A DNA stretch of 51,049 bases from a virus (Duplodnaviria; Caudoviricetes). Within the stretch, counting starts at the first letter, position 1. Each line of letters begins with the position of its first letter. The notes below the pieces were generated by a model. That model was not told the DNA's origin, did no database searches, and saw only the letters and a list, made by a program, of their open reading frames with translations. The stretch covers positions 1 through 51,049 of the IMG/VR virus record IMGVR_UViG_3300021066_000002, one strand, 5' to 3'. Position numbers and translations under genes: made by a program. Shown in pieces: positions 1 to 8,697 of the stretch.

Positions 1-127
1 CGTCCTCTCTCCTGATTGACTGTGCGCGGCTCTGTCGGCCGCGGCAAGGCGACATAACCGCCTATGCCCAACAGCGTAATCACAGCGCACAGAATTGTGA
101 AGGGGTTCCAAAGAAAAAATTTGCATC
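1..127 (+). repeat. Terminal direct repeat copy 1 (probable assembly overlap)
   Basis: Identical to 50923-51049; 127 bp matches a common assembler k-mer size. Confidence 0.9.
73..101 (-). promoter_or_regulatory. Leftward sigma70-type promoter for the repressor-xis-int operon
   Basis: Minus strand TTCACA-N17-TACGCT with an A/T tract upstream (111-122); points toward the repressor across the circular junction. Confidence 0.6.
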
Positions 128-149
128 TTGGTTTATGTCGGTCTATGTT
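121..149 (+). promoter_or_regulatory. Rightward early lytic sigma70-type promoter
   Basis: TTGCAT-N17-TATGTT, back-to-back with the leftward promoter. Confidence 0.65.
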
Positions 150-168
150 GGTCGATGTCGGCCAACAT
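125..168 (+). promoter_or_regulatory. Operator array of 10-bp phased ATGTYGG repeats
   Basis: ATCTTGG (125), ATGTCGG (135), ATGTTGG (145), ATGTCGG (155) plus inverted CCAACAT (162), covering the rightward promoter. Confidence 0.65.
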
Positions 169-318
169 TGGAGCCACCCCCTCTCCATGGCATCGTATCC
201 GCCGCTCGTTAGTCCAGCGTTATCCAAGGCGACAGTCTTGGAGATGCTGCGCCTCGTGGACAGCTATATGTACACGAGTTTTGAGGGCGGTTTCATCAGC
301 GACCAAGGGAACCATCGC

Positions 319-819
319 ATGGCGCGCACCCCCAAGACAGCCACCCCCTCCAAGGTCGAGGCAATAGGGACCGACAACATCAAGCAGCTCCGCGAACTGA
401 TCGACCGCCGGCGAGAGTTGGACGAGGAGATCGAGACCAGCAAGGCTGCGCGCGAGCTTGTCGACCAACAGATCACGAAGATCGCGACGTCCACGGGCCA
501 GGTCTTCGATCGGCTCAATCCCGACGCGGGCATGGCCGGCGAGCAGACCGTCGAGTTCCGGCCGCACGAGGGCGGCCCCGGCATTCGCCTCAAGGGCGAG
601 GTCAAGAAGACGGTCAAGTGGACCACTGACGCGCTCCTCGGCGTCGCCGCCGGCATGTCCTGGGACCAGGCGCGGGAGATTTTCAAGATCGACTTCTCCG
701 TGCCGGAGGCGACCTGGAAGGCGATCGCGGAAGGCGCCTACGTCACCGAGGAGCAGCGCCGCGCGATCGCGGCCGCCCGCACCGTCAAGTACGCCCCGCT
801 GGCCGTCCGGCCGGCATAG
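319..819 (+). CDS. Conserved phage protein preceding the Sak4-like ATPase (coiled-coil N-terminus)
   Basis: AAGGGA RBS before ATG319; coiled coil followed by KKTVKW; position typical of this recombination module. Confidence 0.75.
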   Translation: MARTPKTATPSKVEAIGTDNIKQLRELIDRRRELDEEIETSKAARELVDQQITKIATSTGQVFDRLNPDAGMAGEQTVEFRPHEGGPGIRLKGEVKKTVKWTTDALLGVAAGMSWDQAREIFKIDFSVPEATWKAIAEGAYVTEEQRRAIAAARTVKYAPLAVRPA

Positions 820-832
820 AGAGAGGATCACC

Positions 833-1162
833 ATGCCGAAGAAGGATACCAAGCGCGCGCCGGAGGACGTCGTCCGGGTGCTGCGCGTTATCGAATACGT
901 CGGGCCGCGGAGCTGGGTCGAGGCGACCATGGCGCACGCCATCAAGGGGACGCTGGCCGTCGCTGAGGGCAAGCGCATCTGCGCGGTCACGATCGGCGAC
1001 TACCCCGAGATCCTGATCAAGGCCGGTTCGTTCGTCCCGGATCGCCCGAACATCGGCTACGCACACATCGACGCGCCGAAGGTGCATCCGGCCGACGCCC
1101 CCCCGCCTCCGACGCCGATCGAGGCGCACATCGCGCGCTCGAAGGCTGAGCAGGCCGCCTGA
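833..1162 (+). CDS. Hypothetical protein
   Basis: GAGGA RBS, ATG833, fills the operon gap. Confidence 0.7.
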   Translation: MPKKDTKRAPEDVVRVLRVIEYVGPRSWVEATMAHAIKGTLAVAEGKRICAVTIGDYPEILIKAGSFVPDRPNIGYAHIDAPKVHPADAPPPPTPIEAHIARSKAEQAA

Positions 1163-1184
1163 CACTCCGACCGGCAAGGAAACC

Positions 1185-2171
1185 ATGCCCCTCAAGATCA
1201 TCACTGCCGACGAGCGACTGCGCGCCGCTCCGAAGATCAACATCGCCCTGTTCGGCCCATCCGGCGTCGGCAAGACGACGCAGGCCCGCACGCTGGATCC
1301 GGCGACGACGCTGTTCATCGACCTGGAGGCCGGCACGCTGGCGATCCAGGAGTGGACCGGCGACGTGGTCGACGTGCGCCAGGAGGCGGCGCGCATCGGC
1401 GTCCACCCGTGGGAGCTCGCCCGCGCGCTGGTCTGCTGGCTGTCCGGCCCAGATCCGGCAGCGAGCATGTCCAGCCCCTACGGCCAGGCCGCCTATGACG
1501 GCTACTGTCAGGCGCTCGGCGATCCGGCCGCCCACGCCGACAAGCGCACGCTCTTTTGGGACAGCATCACCGTCGCGGCGCGGCACTGCCTCGACTGGTC
1601 CCGCCGGCAGCCGGAGGCGTTCTCCGAGAAGACCGGCAAGCCGGACAACCGCGGCGCCTACGGGCTACACGGCCAGGAGATGGTCCGCTGGCTCACCCAG
1701 ATCCAGCACATGCCCGGCCGCTCCACCATCGTCGTCGGCATCCTCGAGCGCATCGAGAGCGACGACGGGCTCAAGCGCGTGAGCTGGGAGCCGCAGATCG
1801 ACGGCAGCAAGGCGGGCCGCGAGCTGCCCGGGATCTTCGACGAGGTCATCACCTTGTCGAATTTCACGACCGACAAAGGCGAACAGTACCGCGCATTCGT
1901 CACCCACCAGGTCAATCCGTTTGGCTTCCCGGCGAAGGACCGGAGTGGCCGGCTGGATCTCCTCGAGCCGCCGGACCTCGGCGCGCTCATGAAGAAGATC
2001 CACGGCGGCAAGCGCGTCGACGGCTCGCTGGTGACGGCGCTGCCGGCGCCATCTGCGCCGGAACCACTGGCGGCCGAGGCGATCGGTCCTGCTCAGCACG
2101 TTCGGCCGCCAGAACCTGGGCCGACAGACTTTGGCTTTGGCGACGGCGCGCCCGCGGCAGTCGCGCCGTGA
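1185..2171 (+). CDS. AAA_24 / Sak4-like ATPase (ssDNA annealing/recombination)
   Basis: Walker A GPSGVGKT, FIDLEAG, Walker B-like LFWDSIT, C-terminal AKDRSGRL. Confidence 0.88.
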   Translation: MPLKIITADERLRAAPKINIALFGPSGVGKTTQARTLDPATTLFIDLEAGTLAIQEWTGDVVDVRQEAARIGVHPWELARALVCWLSGPDPAASMSSPYGQAAYDGYCQALGDPAAHADKRTLFWDSITVAARHCLDWSRRQPEAFSEKTGKPDNRGAYGLHGQEMVRWLTQIQHMPGRSTIVVGILERIESDDGLKRVSWEPQIDGSKAGRELPGIFDEVITLSNFTTDKGEQYRAFVTHQVNPFGFPAKDRSGRLDLLEPPDLGALMKKIHGGKRVDGSLVTALPAPSAPEPLAAEAIGPAQHVRPPEPGPTDFGFGDGAPAAVAP

Positions 2172-2341
2172 GGCCGAAGGGCAAGGCAAAGCAGCGCCGC
2201 GTCGGATCGCTGCACCGTCGCATCAAGAAGGCGCAGATCCGCGACGCCATCCGGGTTCGGGCGAAAGCCCTGGCGCGCGCTCTGGTGCTCGCGGAGGAGC
2301 CGGAAGCGGCACGGCTTATGCATCCGACACCATCGAGCTAA
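2168..2341 (+). CDS. Small basic hypothetical protein
   Basis: GTGA overlap with the upstream stop codon. Confidence 0.4.
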   Translation: MRPKGKAKQRRVGSLHRRIKKAQIRDAIRVRAKALARALVLAEEPEAARLMHPTPSS

Positions 2342-2405
2342 CATCGTTACCATTTTGGCTTGACTTTCCGTGAACGACACGGGAACATAGAACCAGGAGA
2401 GACGA

Positions 2406-3161
2406 ATGAGCACGTTTTCAGGTTACAACGACAAGGCGCCGGACCTGATCCCTCCGGGGACGCTCTGCACCGGCATCGTCACCGTCCGCGCGGTCAAGGT
2501 GGGCAGCAGGGGCGCCCGCTACCTGGACCTGGAGCTGACGATCAACCGCGGCCCCTACGAGAAGCGGAAGGTCTGGACGAATGTCATGGACCCGGCCGAC
2601 CCGAAGCAGTCGGACGGCGGCAAGGAGATGGGGCAGCGCGCCATCATCCGCATGTTCGAGACCGCCGGCATCTTCGTTCCGGGCAACCTCGCTAGCTACC
2701 AGCAGTGGGATGGCGCGACGATCGAGCAGATCGGCCAGGCGCTCGACGGCAAGGAGATCGCCTTCTCCGTGAAGATCGAGAGCCAGGAAGGTTACGCCGA
2801 CAAAAACGGCGTGGGCGACTTCCTGACGCCCAACCCCAGCTCCGCCGTGGCGGCGAAGTGGAAGAAGCTGATCGATCAGCTCAAGAACCCGCAGCAGCCT
2901 CCAGCGCCGCCGCAAGGCGCGTTCGCCATGGGCGGCCCGGCGCCGGTCGCGCCGAAGCCCGCCGGGTTCGGGACGGCGGCCGCTGCGCCTGTGCCGGCAG
3001 CGCCGGCGAGCTTCGGAAACCCCCCGGCTGCGTCGCTTACCGCTGCTCCGACGGTGGCGCCTCCTCCGCCTGCCCCTGCCCCGCTGCCCGTCACGCCGGC
3101 GACCATGGTGCCGCCTGGGACGGTGCCCGGCCGGTGGCTGCAGGAAGCCAACGGCGGCTGA
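2406..3161 (+). CDS. Putative ssDNA-binding protein (DUF669-like OB fold) with Pro/Ala-rich tail
   Basis: LIPPGT...YLDLELTINRGPYEKRKVW pattern; follows the Sak4-like gene; AGGAG RBS. Confidence 0.75.
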   Translation: MSTFSGYNDKAPDLIPPGTLCTGIVTVRAVKVGSRGARYLDLELTINRGPYEKRKVWTNVMDPADPKQSDGGKEMGQRAIIRMFETAGIFVPGNLASYQQWDGATIEQIGQALDGKEIAFSVKIESQEGYADKNGVGDFLTPNPSSAVAAKWKKLIDQLKNPQQPPAPPQGAFAMGGPAPVAPKPAGFGTAAAAPVPAAPASFGNPPAASLTAAPTVAPPPPAPAPLPVTPATMVPPGTVPGRWLQEANGG

Positions 3162-3316
3162 TTGGTTAACGCTCGGCCGGGTGATGCAGATCACGCATGC
3201 GTTACCTGGCTGAGATTAACCATGCGCTGAAGTTTCCAACCCGCCACACTCGCTGCGCTGGGAAAATAAAAAGCGATCACTAAAAGTTTTTGGCCGGGAA
3301 CAACCGGGAGAAGTGT

Positions 3317-3553
3317 ATGGGAACGCTGCTGCAGGCCAAGGAACGCTATACACCCCAACAGTATTGGGCGGCTGCCAAGGGCTACGAAACCGCCACTACT
3401 CAAGCCGAACGGGCCGGGCATGTCGAGCTTTTAATTAAAATTGCGTTGTCCGACCAAGAACCATTGTCTTCAACTGTGCGCGAGCACCTGTTGAAGAAGT
3501 ACGGGCTCACCGTCGAGAAGGACGGCGAGCTGCTCGCCCAGGCTGGATCCTGA
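3317..3553 (+). CDS. Hypothetical protein in a lower-GC insert
   Basis: GGGAG RBS before ATG3317; TGATG coupling to the helicase. Confidence 0.55.
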   Translation: MGTLLQAKERYTPQQYWAAAKGYETATTQAERAGHVELLIKIALSDQEPLSSTVREHLLKKYGLTVEKDGELLAQAGS

Positions 3554-5271
3554 TGCAGCTCCGCCCCCGCCAGGTCGAGTTCCGCGACAAGTGCGTCGCG
3601 GCCCTCGGCGAGCACGGCAACACCCTCGGCGTCGCGCCGACCGGCGCCGGCAAGACGGTCATGTTCTCAGCCGTCGTCGGCGCCATCGGCGGCCGCTGGC
3701 TGGTGATCCAGCACCGCGACGAGCTGGTCTCGCAGAACCGCAAGACCTTCTGGATGGTCAACCCGAACGTGCCGCACGATCTCTACACCGCTGGGCGGAA
3801 GCGGTGGGAGAAGCGCGGCGCCACCTTCGGCATGATCCAGACGCTTGCACAGAACCTCGAAGACATTCCGGAGCTGGACGGCATCGCCATCGACGAGGCG
3901 CACCATGTCGCCAGCCCGAGCTACCGCAAGGTGATCGCCGCGGCCAAGGCGGCGAACTCCAAGGTGGCGATCTTCGGCGTTACCGCCACGGCCAACCGCG
4001 GCGACAAGAAGGGCCTGGTCGGGATCTTCGACAACGTTGCCGACCAGATCCCCATCCGGGACTTGATCCTCGAGGGCCACCTGGTCCGGCCGCGCACCTT
4101 CGTGATCGACGTCGGCACCCAGGGCGCGCTCAGCGGCGTCAAGCAGACCGCCGGCGACTTCAACATGGACCAGGTGGCGCAGATCATGGATCACGCGCCG
4201 CTCAACGAGAAGATCGTCGAGGAGTGGAAGAAACATGCTGGCGACCGGCGCACGGTGGTTTTCTGCAGCACGATCGAGCATGCGAACCACGTTTGCATGG
4301 CGTTCCTTGCGGGCGGTGTCTCTGCTGAGACAGTGGACGGAAAGATGGGAGAGCGCGACCGCCGAGCGGTTCTTGCGCGCTTTGACCGCGGAGAGATCCA
4401 AGTCATCGTCAACGTCGCGGTCCTCACCGAAGGCTGGGACTGCCAGCCGGTGAGCTGCGTCGTGCTGCTCCGGCCGAGCTCCTACAAGTCGACCATGGTG
4501 CAGATGATCGGCCGCGGGCTCCGCAAGATCGACCCGGAGCGCTACCCCGGGATCCGCAAGGACGACTGCGTCGTGTTGGATTTCGGGACCAGCGTCCTCA
4601 TGCACGGCACGATCGACCAGGACGTGGATCTCGACCAGAAGGGCGCGAAGGACTGTCCCGAATGCCACGCCACCATCCCAGCGCAGGCTCGAGACTGCCC
4701 GATCTGCGGCTACCACTTCCCCGACCCGGAGGCTGTCACCGCGCCCGGCGCCGGTGCGTCGCCGCCGAAGAAGCGCGGCGAGCTCGCCGACTTCGTGCTC
4801 ACCGAGGTCGACCTTCTCGACGCCAGCCCGTACCGCTGGGAAGACCTGTTCACCAACATGCCGGGCGTCGTCACCATGGCCGACGCCATGAAGGCGTGGG
4901 CCTGCGTCATCGCCTACGGCGGCCGCTTCATCGCGCTCGGCTATGTCCAGCCGGTCAAGGACACAGAGGGCGGCATCATCGCGCCCGAGCAATGGCGCCT
5001 CTTGGCCGACAGCGACACCCGGATCCTGGCGCTGCAGAGCGCCGACGACTTCCTCCGCGAGCACGGCGACAGCGACACGGCGCGCAAGAGCCGGACATGG
5101 ATGAGCCAGCCGCCGAGCGAGAAGCAGGCGCTCCACCTGGGGCTGCCAGCCGGCGGGATGAACTTCGGCATCACGCGCTACCGGGCGACGTGTCTCCTGA
5201 CCTGGAAGTTCAAGGAGCGCGAGATCCGGCGGCGGGTGGAGGCGACCCGGCAACGGGCGCTGGCGGCATGA
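3553..5271 (+). CDS. SF2 DEAD/DEAH-box helicase with C-terminal zinc ribbon
   Basis: APTGAGKT, DEAHH, TAT, LTEGWD, QMIGRGLR, CPEC...CPIC. Confidence 0.93.
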   Translation: MQLRPRQVEFRDKCVAALGEHGNTLGVAPTGAGKTVMFSAVVGAIGGRWLVIQHRDELVSQNRKTFWMVNPNVPHDLYTAGRKRWEKRGATFGMIQTLAQNLEDIPELDGIAIDEAHHVASPSYRKVIAAAKAANSKVAIFGVTATANRGDKKGLVGIFDNVADQIPIRDLILEGHLVRPRTFVIDVGTQGALSGVKQTAGDFNMDQVAQIMDHAPLNEKIVEEWKKHAGDRRTVVFCSTIEHANHVCMAFLAGGVSAETVDGKMGERDRRAVLARFDRGEIQVIVNVAVLTEGWDCQPVSCVVLLRPSSYKSTMVQMIGRGLRKIDPERYPGIRKDDCVVLDFGTSVLMHGTIDQDVDLDQKGAKDCPECHATIPAQARDCPICGYHFPDPEAVTAPGAGASPPKKRGELADFVLTEVDLLDASPYRWEDLFTNMPGVVTMADAMKAWACVIAYGGRFIALGYVQPVKDTEGGIIAPEQWRLLADSDTRILALQSADDFLREHGDSDTARKSRTWMSQPPSEKQALHLGLPAGGMNFGITRYRATCLLTWKFKEREIRRRVEATRQRALAA

Positions 5272-5308
5272 TGTCGGCTTTGACGCCAGACAACATCCGC
5301 CGTATCAT
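5272..5308 (+). promoter_or_regulatory. Sigma70 promoter overlapped by the 21-bp operator
   Basis: TTGACG(5280)-N17-TATCAT(5303); TGTCGG-N9-CAGACA at 5272-5292. Confidence 0.7.
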
Positions 5309-5371
5309 CCGATCGGGACGGCGCCCTCGCCTGCGGGCGGTGCGCTGCTCGGCTGGTGGGAGGGTGCGCTG

Positions 5372-5662
5372 ATGGCCACGACGCAAACCGTCGCGAGCGG
5401 TTCCGTCGCGGCCGCAGACAGCTTTGTGGGGCCGATCGCAGCCCTGCACGGCCGGTTCGACGTCGGGATCTCCGGCACGTTCTCGGCCACGGTCACGGTG
5501 CAGCGCCGCCCCTACGGCAGCGAAAGCGCCTGGCGGGACGTGGAGGCTTTCACCGAGGCCGTCGAGCGCACCGGCTACTCCGCCGGCGCCTGGGAGGTTC
5601 GGGCCGGATGCAAGGCCGGCGGGTACACGAGCGGCACTGCCGTCATCGATCTTCGGGCGTAG
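5372..5662 (+). CDS. Small beta-rich protein, possibly virion-associated
   Basis: GGAGG RBS; GTFSATVTVQRR...WRDVE pattern. Confidence 0.7.
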   Translation: MATTQTVASGSVAAADSFVGPIAALHGRFDVGISGTFSATVTVQRRPYGSESAWRDVEAFTEAVERTGYSAGAWEVRAGCKAGGYTSGTAVIDLRA

Positions 5663-5671
5663 GAGCGGCAA

Positions 5672-5995
5672 ATGGCCTTCGGCTTCGGACTAATCAAGCG
5701 CCTGTTCACCGGAAGCATTCCGGCGGCGGAGCCGGGCGTCGATCGGATGGCTCGCGCGGCGCCAGATCGCGTGAAGATCGAGGGGCAGCCGGTCACGGTG
5801 AAAGTCGGGCCGTTCATGGACAGCGACTTCGCTTCCCTGGAGGCCGCGGAGACGCGGATCAAACGCATCGAAGGACACCTGGCGGATCGAGCTCGCCTCG
5901 GCCCAGGGATGGATCAGACGGAGAATTGCGACCAATGCCGCGAGAAGCTTAAGCGGCTCCGGGCATTCGTCGCCGCGATGAAGGTGGAGGGCTAA
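5672..5995 (+). CDS. Hypothetical protein
   Basis: AGGAG RBS; tight operon spacing. Confidence 0.65.
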   Translation: MAFGFGLIKRLFTGSIPAAEPGVDRMARAAPDRVKIEGQPVTVKVGPFMDSDFASLEAAETRIKRIEGHLADRARLGPGMDQTENCDQCREKLKRLRAFVAAMKVEG

Positions 5996-5998
5996 GCC

Positions 5999-6445
5999 AT
6001 GGCGCAAACCCTCACCGTCTTCGACAACCTCATCAAGAAATTGATGAATGGCGGCGGCATCGACCTCGATACCGACACCATCAAGGTCATGCTGCTGACC
6101 AATGCGGCAACGCCGGCTGAGGCGACGCACGACTTCATCGACGATCTAAGCGCGAACGAGGTCACGCCTGGCGGAAACTACGACGCTGGCGGGAAGGCGC
6201 TGACGACCATCACCGTGAGCGGGCCGACCGCCGGCGTGTCGACGTTCGACGCGGACGACCTTGCCTGGGCGCAGCACGCCAACAACCCGACCAACGCGCG
6301 CAAGATGGCGATCTACAAGGACACCGGAACGCCGGCCACGTCGCCGGTGATCGCATTCGGGACGCTGGCCGGCGCGGACATCGACATGACCGCCGGCGAC
6401 CTGACGCTGCAGTGGGCGGCGACTGGCATCGTGACGGGGGCGTGA
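5999..6445 (+). CDS. Putative virion structural / fibre-associated protein
   Basis: IDLDTDTIKVMLL...NEV...Y.AGGK.L...FDADD..W pattern, which I recall from phage tail/fibre gene clusters. Confidence 0.7.
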   Translation: MAQTLTVFDNLIKKLMNGGGIDLDTDTIKVMLLTNAATPAEATHDFIDDLSANEVTPGGNYDAGGKALTTITVSGPTAGVSTFDADDLAWAQHANNPTNARKMAIYKDTGTPATSPVIAFGTLAGADIDMTAGDLTLQWAATGIVTGA

Positions 6446-6446
6446 T

Positions 6447-6740
6447 ATGGCCATGATCGCATTCACCGTGATTTTCGATCGCCCGATCAGCAACAGCGTC
6501 GGGAAGCACACCAGGGTGGCCGTGACGCTGGCCAATCATTCGGCCGAAATCGGCATTGATGCGAACTCGTTTGCCGATCCGCCGAGCCGGGCGGATTTCA
6601 AGGCGGCCGTCGAGACGCTGCTGCGCGCCGCGTTCTGGGCGAAGACCGGTACGCCGACCCAGCGGGTCAATGCCATGGAAGCCGGCATCGACAAGCTCGC
6701 TTTCAAGAACTACGCCACCGACACGCTGGTGAACCCATGA
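6447..6740 (+). CDS. Hypothetical protein
   Basis: Tightly coupled ORF. Confidence 0.65.
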   Translation: MAMIAFTVIFDRPISNSVGKHTRVAVTLANHSAEIGIDANSFADPPSRADFKAAVETLLRAAFWAKTGTPTQRVNAMEAGIDKLAFKNYATDTLVNP

Positions 6741-7102
6741 GCCTCCTTCCCAGCAACTACGAGGTGCGGTTCGGCTTCGCCGGCAACGCCTATTTTCACA
6801 TGATCGTGTTCCGCGAGGCTGGTGCGGCTGTCCCAACGCATCAGCACGCCTATGCCCACGTCTCGCGCGTGCTACGGGGGAAGGTGCGCTACGAGCGCGG
6901 CGACGGCCATGTTCAGGAGATGGAGGGTAGCATCGAGGGGCCCGGCTTGGTCGAGGTGCCGGCGGGGATCGCTCACACCTTCATCGCGTTGAGCGATGAT
7001 GCCGTCGTCGAGTGCGTGCACATGCTGCGCGATGAAGACGGTGAGCCGTTGCCATTCGACTGCTCGAACCGCGACGCCATGGCCGCGACGGCGAGGCTCT
7101 GA
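6737..7102 (+). CDS. Cupin-domain protein
   Basis: HQHAYAH...VLRGK and VEVPAGIAHTF cupin metal motifs. Confidence 0.8.
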   Translation: MSLLPSNYEVRFGFAGNAYFHMIVFREAGAAVPTHQHAYAHVSRVLRGKVRYERGDGHVQEMEGSIEGPGLVEVPAGIAHTFIALSDDAVVECVHMLRDEDGEPLPFDCSNRDAMAATARL

Positions 7103-8220
7103 TGGCGCTGCAATCCATCCTCGGCGGCATGTATTGGCCGGATCGCTTTGCCGTCAACTACGAGTCATCCGCGTCATTCATGATGACCTCCGGCGGCATG
7201 ACGCTGGACGGATCGGGTGATGGTATCGCCTACTGTTTCCAGGCGCCGGCGACCGGCACGCTGGATGGGATCAAGTTCTACGTCACGACCCTGACCAGCA
7301 GCGGCGATGTCGAGGTCGCGATCCAGGCCCTGAATGCGACGGGCCAGCCGGACGGTTCTGACATCGGCTCGATTGCGACCGTTACAACCGGCAGCGCGAA
7401 CTCGGTTTATACCGCCGCCGTAAGCGCCAGCGTGACGATTGGCACCTGGTACGCCGTGGTGATCCGCTGGGTCAGCGGGAACAGGGTGGTTCGTTGCTGG
7501 GGCGGCACCAGCGCCAATGCGCCGCGTGGTTACTCGCCTGCCGCCTATGTCCGGACCAACTCGGGCGGCGCGGGCTGGACCACGATCTCAAGCACTGCAT
7601 CGCGACACCTGACGCCGAATTTCACCCTCACCATCGGTGGTGTCTACTCCTGGGTGTCGGGTGTCCGAGCGGCGTCCGCCTTCAGCAACACCACCTTCAA
7701 CAACACCAGCGCGACACGCGAGCGTGGCGCCTCGATCGTCATGCCCTTCCCGGCAACCGTCGTTGGCGCGTTCTATCTTGGGGCCTACAGCGCCAATGCC
7801 GACTTGATCCTGGCGGCGACGTCCGGCACGGCCATACTGACCACCTCGGTTGATAGCGACTACGGCGGCACCTGGTACACCACCACGGCCTATCCTGGCC
7901 TGCACATCGTGATGTTCCCGGGCACCTACGACATCGCGGCCGGCGAGAACGCGTATCTGACCCTGAAGCCGACCAGCGCGACCAACATCAGCCTGCCGGA
8001 CATCACGATCCTCGACACCGGGGTCGCCGACACCATCAAGGCATGGAATGGCGGCGACAAATTGAAGCTGGTCACGCGCGACAGCGGCGGCACCTACACG
8101 GTCGACGCCACGAAGCGCCCGCTCGAGATGGGCCTGATCCTGAGCAAGTTCGATGACGGCGCCGGCGGTGGGGCAGCGAACATTTTCATGGGCTCGCCCA
8201 ATCATCTTTTGAGGATGTAG
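7102..8220 (+). CDS. Thr/Ser/Gly-rich beta protein, putative receptor-binding / fibre tip
   Basis: Beta-strand-rich composition with two sandwich-like halves; coupled to the cupin gene. Confidence 0.6.
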   Translation: MALQSILGGMYWPDRFAVNYESSASFMMTSGGMTLDGSGDGIAYCFQAPATGTLDGIKFYVTTLTSSGDVEVAIQALNATGQPDGSDIGSIATVTTGSANSVYTAAVSASVTIGTWYAVVIRWVSGNRVVRCWGGTSANAPRGYSPAAYVRTNSGGAGWTTISSTASRHLTPNFTLTIGGVYSWVSGVRAASAFSNTTFNNTSATRERGASIVMPFPATVVGAFYLGAYSANADLILAATSGTAILTTSVDSDYGGTWYTTTAYPGLHIVMFPGTYDIAAGENAYLTLKPTSATNISLPDITILDTGVADTIKAWNGGDKLKLVTRDSGGTYTVDATKRPLEMGLILSKFDDGAGGGAANIFMGSPNHLLRM

Positions 8221-8225
8221 ATGCC

Positions 8226-8693
8226 ATGCTGAGCGGCTTCACCTACACCGTGCGCATGCCGGCGACGACGATCTCGACGGCGATCACCATCCTGCAAGTG
8301 AAGGCCGGCGCGGCGACGCCGCTGGAAATCCTGCGCTGGTCGCTCTGGCAGCGCGGCTCGGTGACCAGCGTGCAGGAAAGCGTGCAGATGCTGCGCAAGA
8401 GCGCGGCGGCCACGGTCACCAGCGCGACGCCGGCGCCGCATGCGACGACCGGCCGAGCCGCGGACGCAGCCGGCGGAACCTCTGCGACAGGCTATAACGC
8501 CTCGGCCGAAGGTACCGACAGCACGGTGATCGACGACATGGCCTTTAACGTGTTGAGCGGCATCGTCTGGCTGCCGACGCCGGAGGAACGGATCTGGGTG
8601 CCGTCGGGCGGGTTTTTCGCGCTCAAGTTCCCGAACGCGCCGGCATCGCAGTCGTGGCGCGCGTCTATAGTGTTCCGCGAGTTCCCGGGGTAA
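8226..8693 (+). CDS. Putative structural beta-sandwich protein
   Basis: Thr/Ala-rich; WLPTPEERIWV motif; ends in a short terminal strand (SIVFRE). Confidence 0.65.
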   Translation: MLSGFTYTVRMPATTISTAITILQVKAGAATPLEILRWSLWQRGSVTSVQESVQMLRKSAAATVTSATPAPHATTGRAADAAGGTSATGYNASAEGTDSTVIDDMAFNVLSGIVWLPTPEERIWVPSGGFFALKFPNAPASQSWRASIVFREFPG

Positions 8694-8697
8694 GGCC

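Noticed and set aside
64-318. N-terminal extension of the first ORF from ATG64
   Set aside because: It overlaps both promoters and the operator array; the RBS supports ATG319
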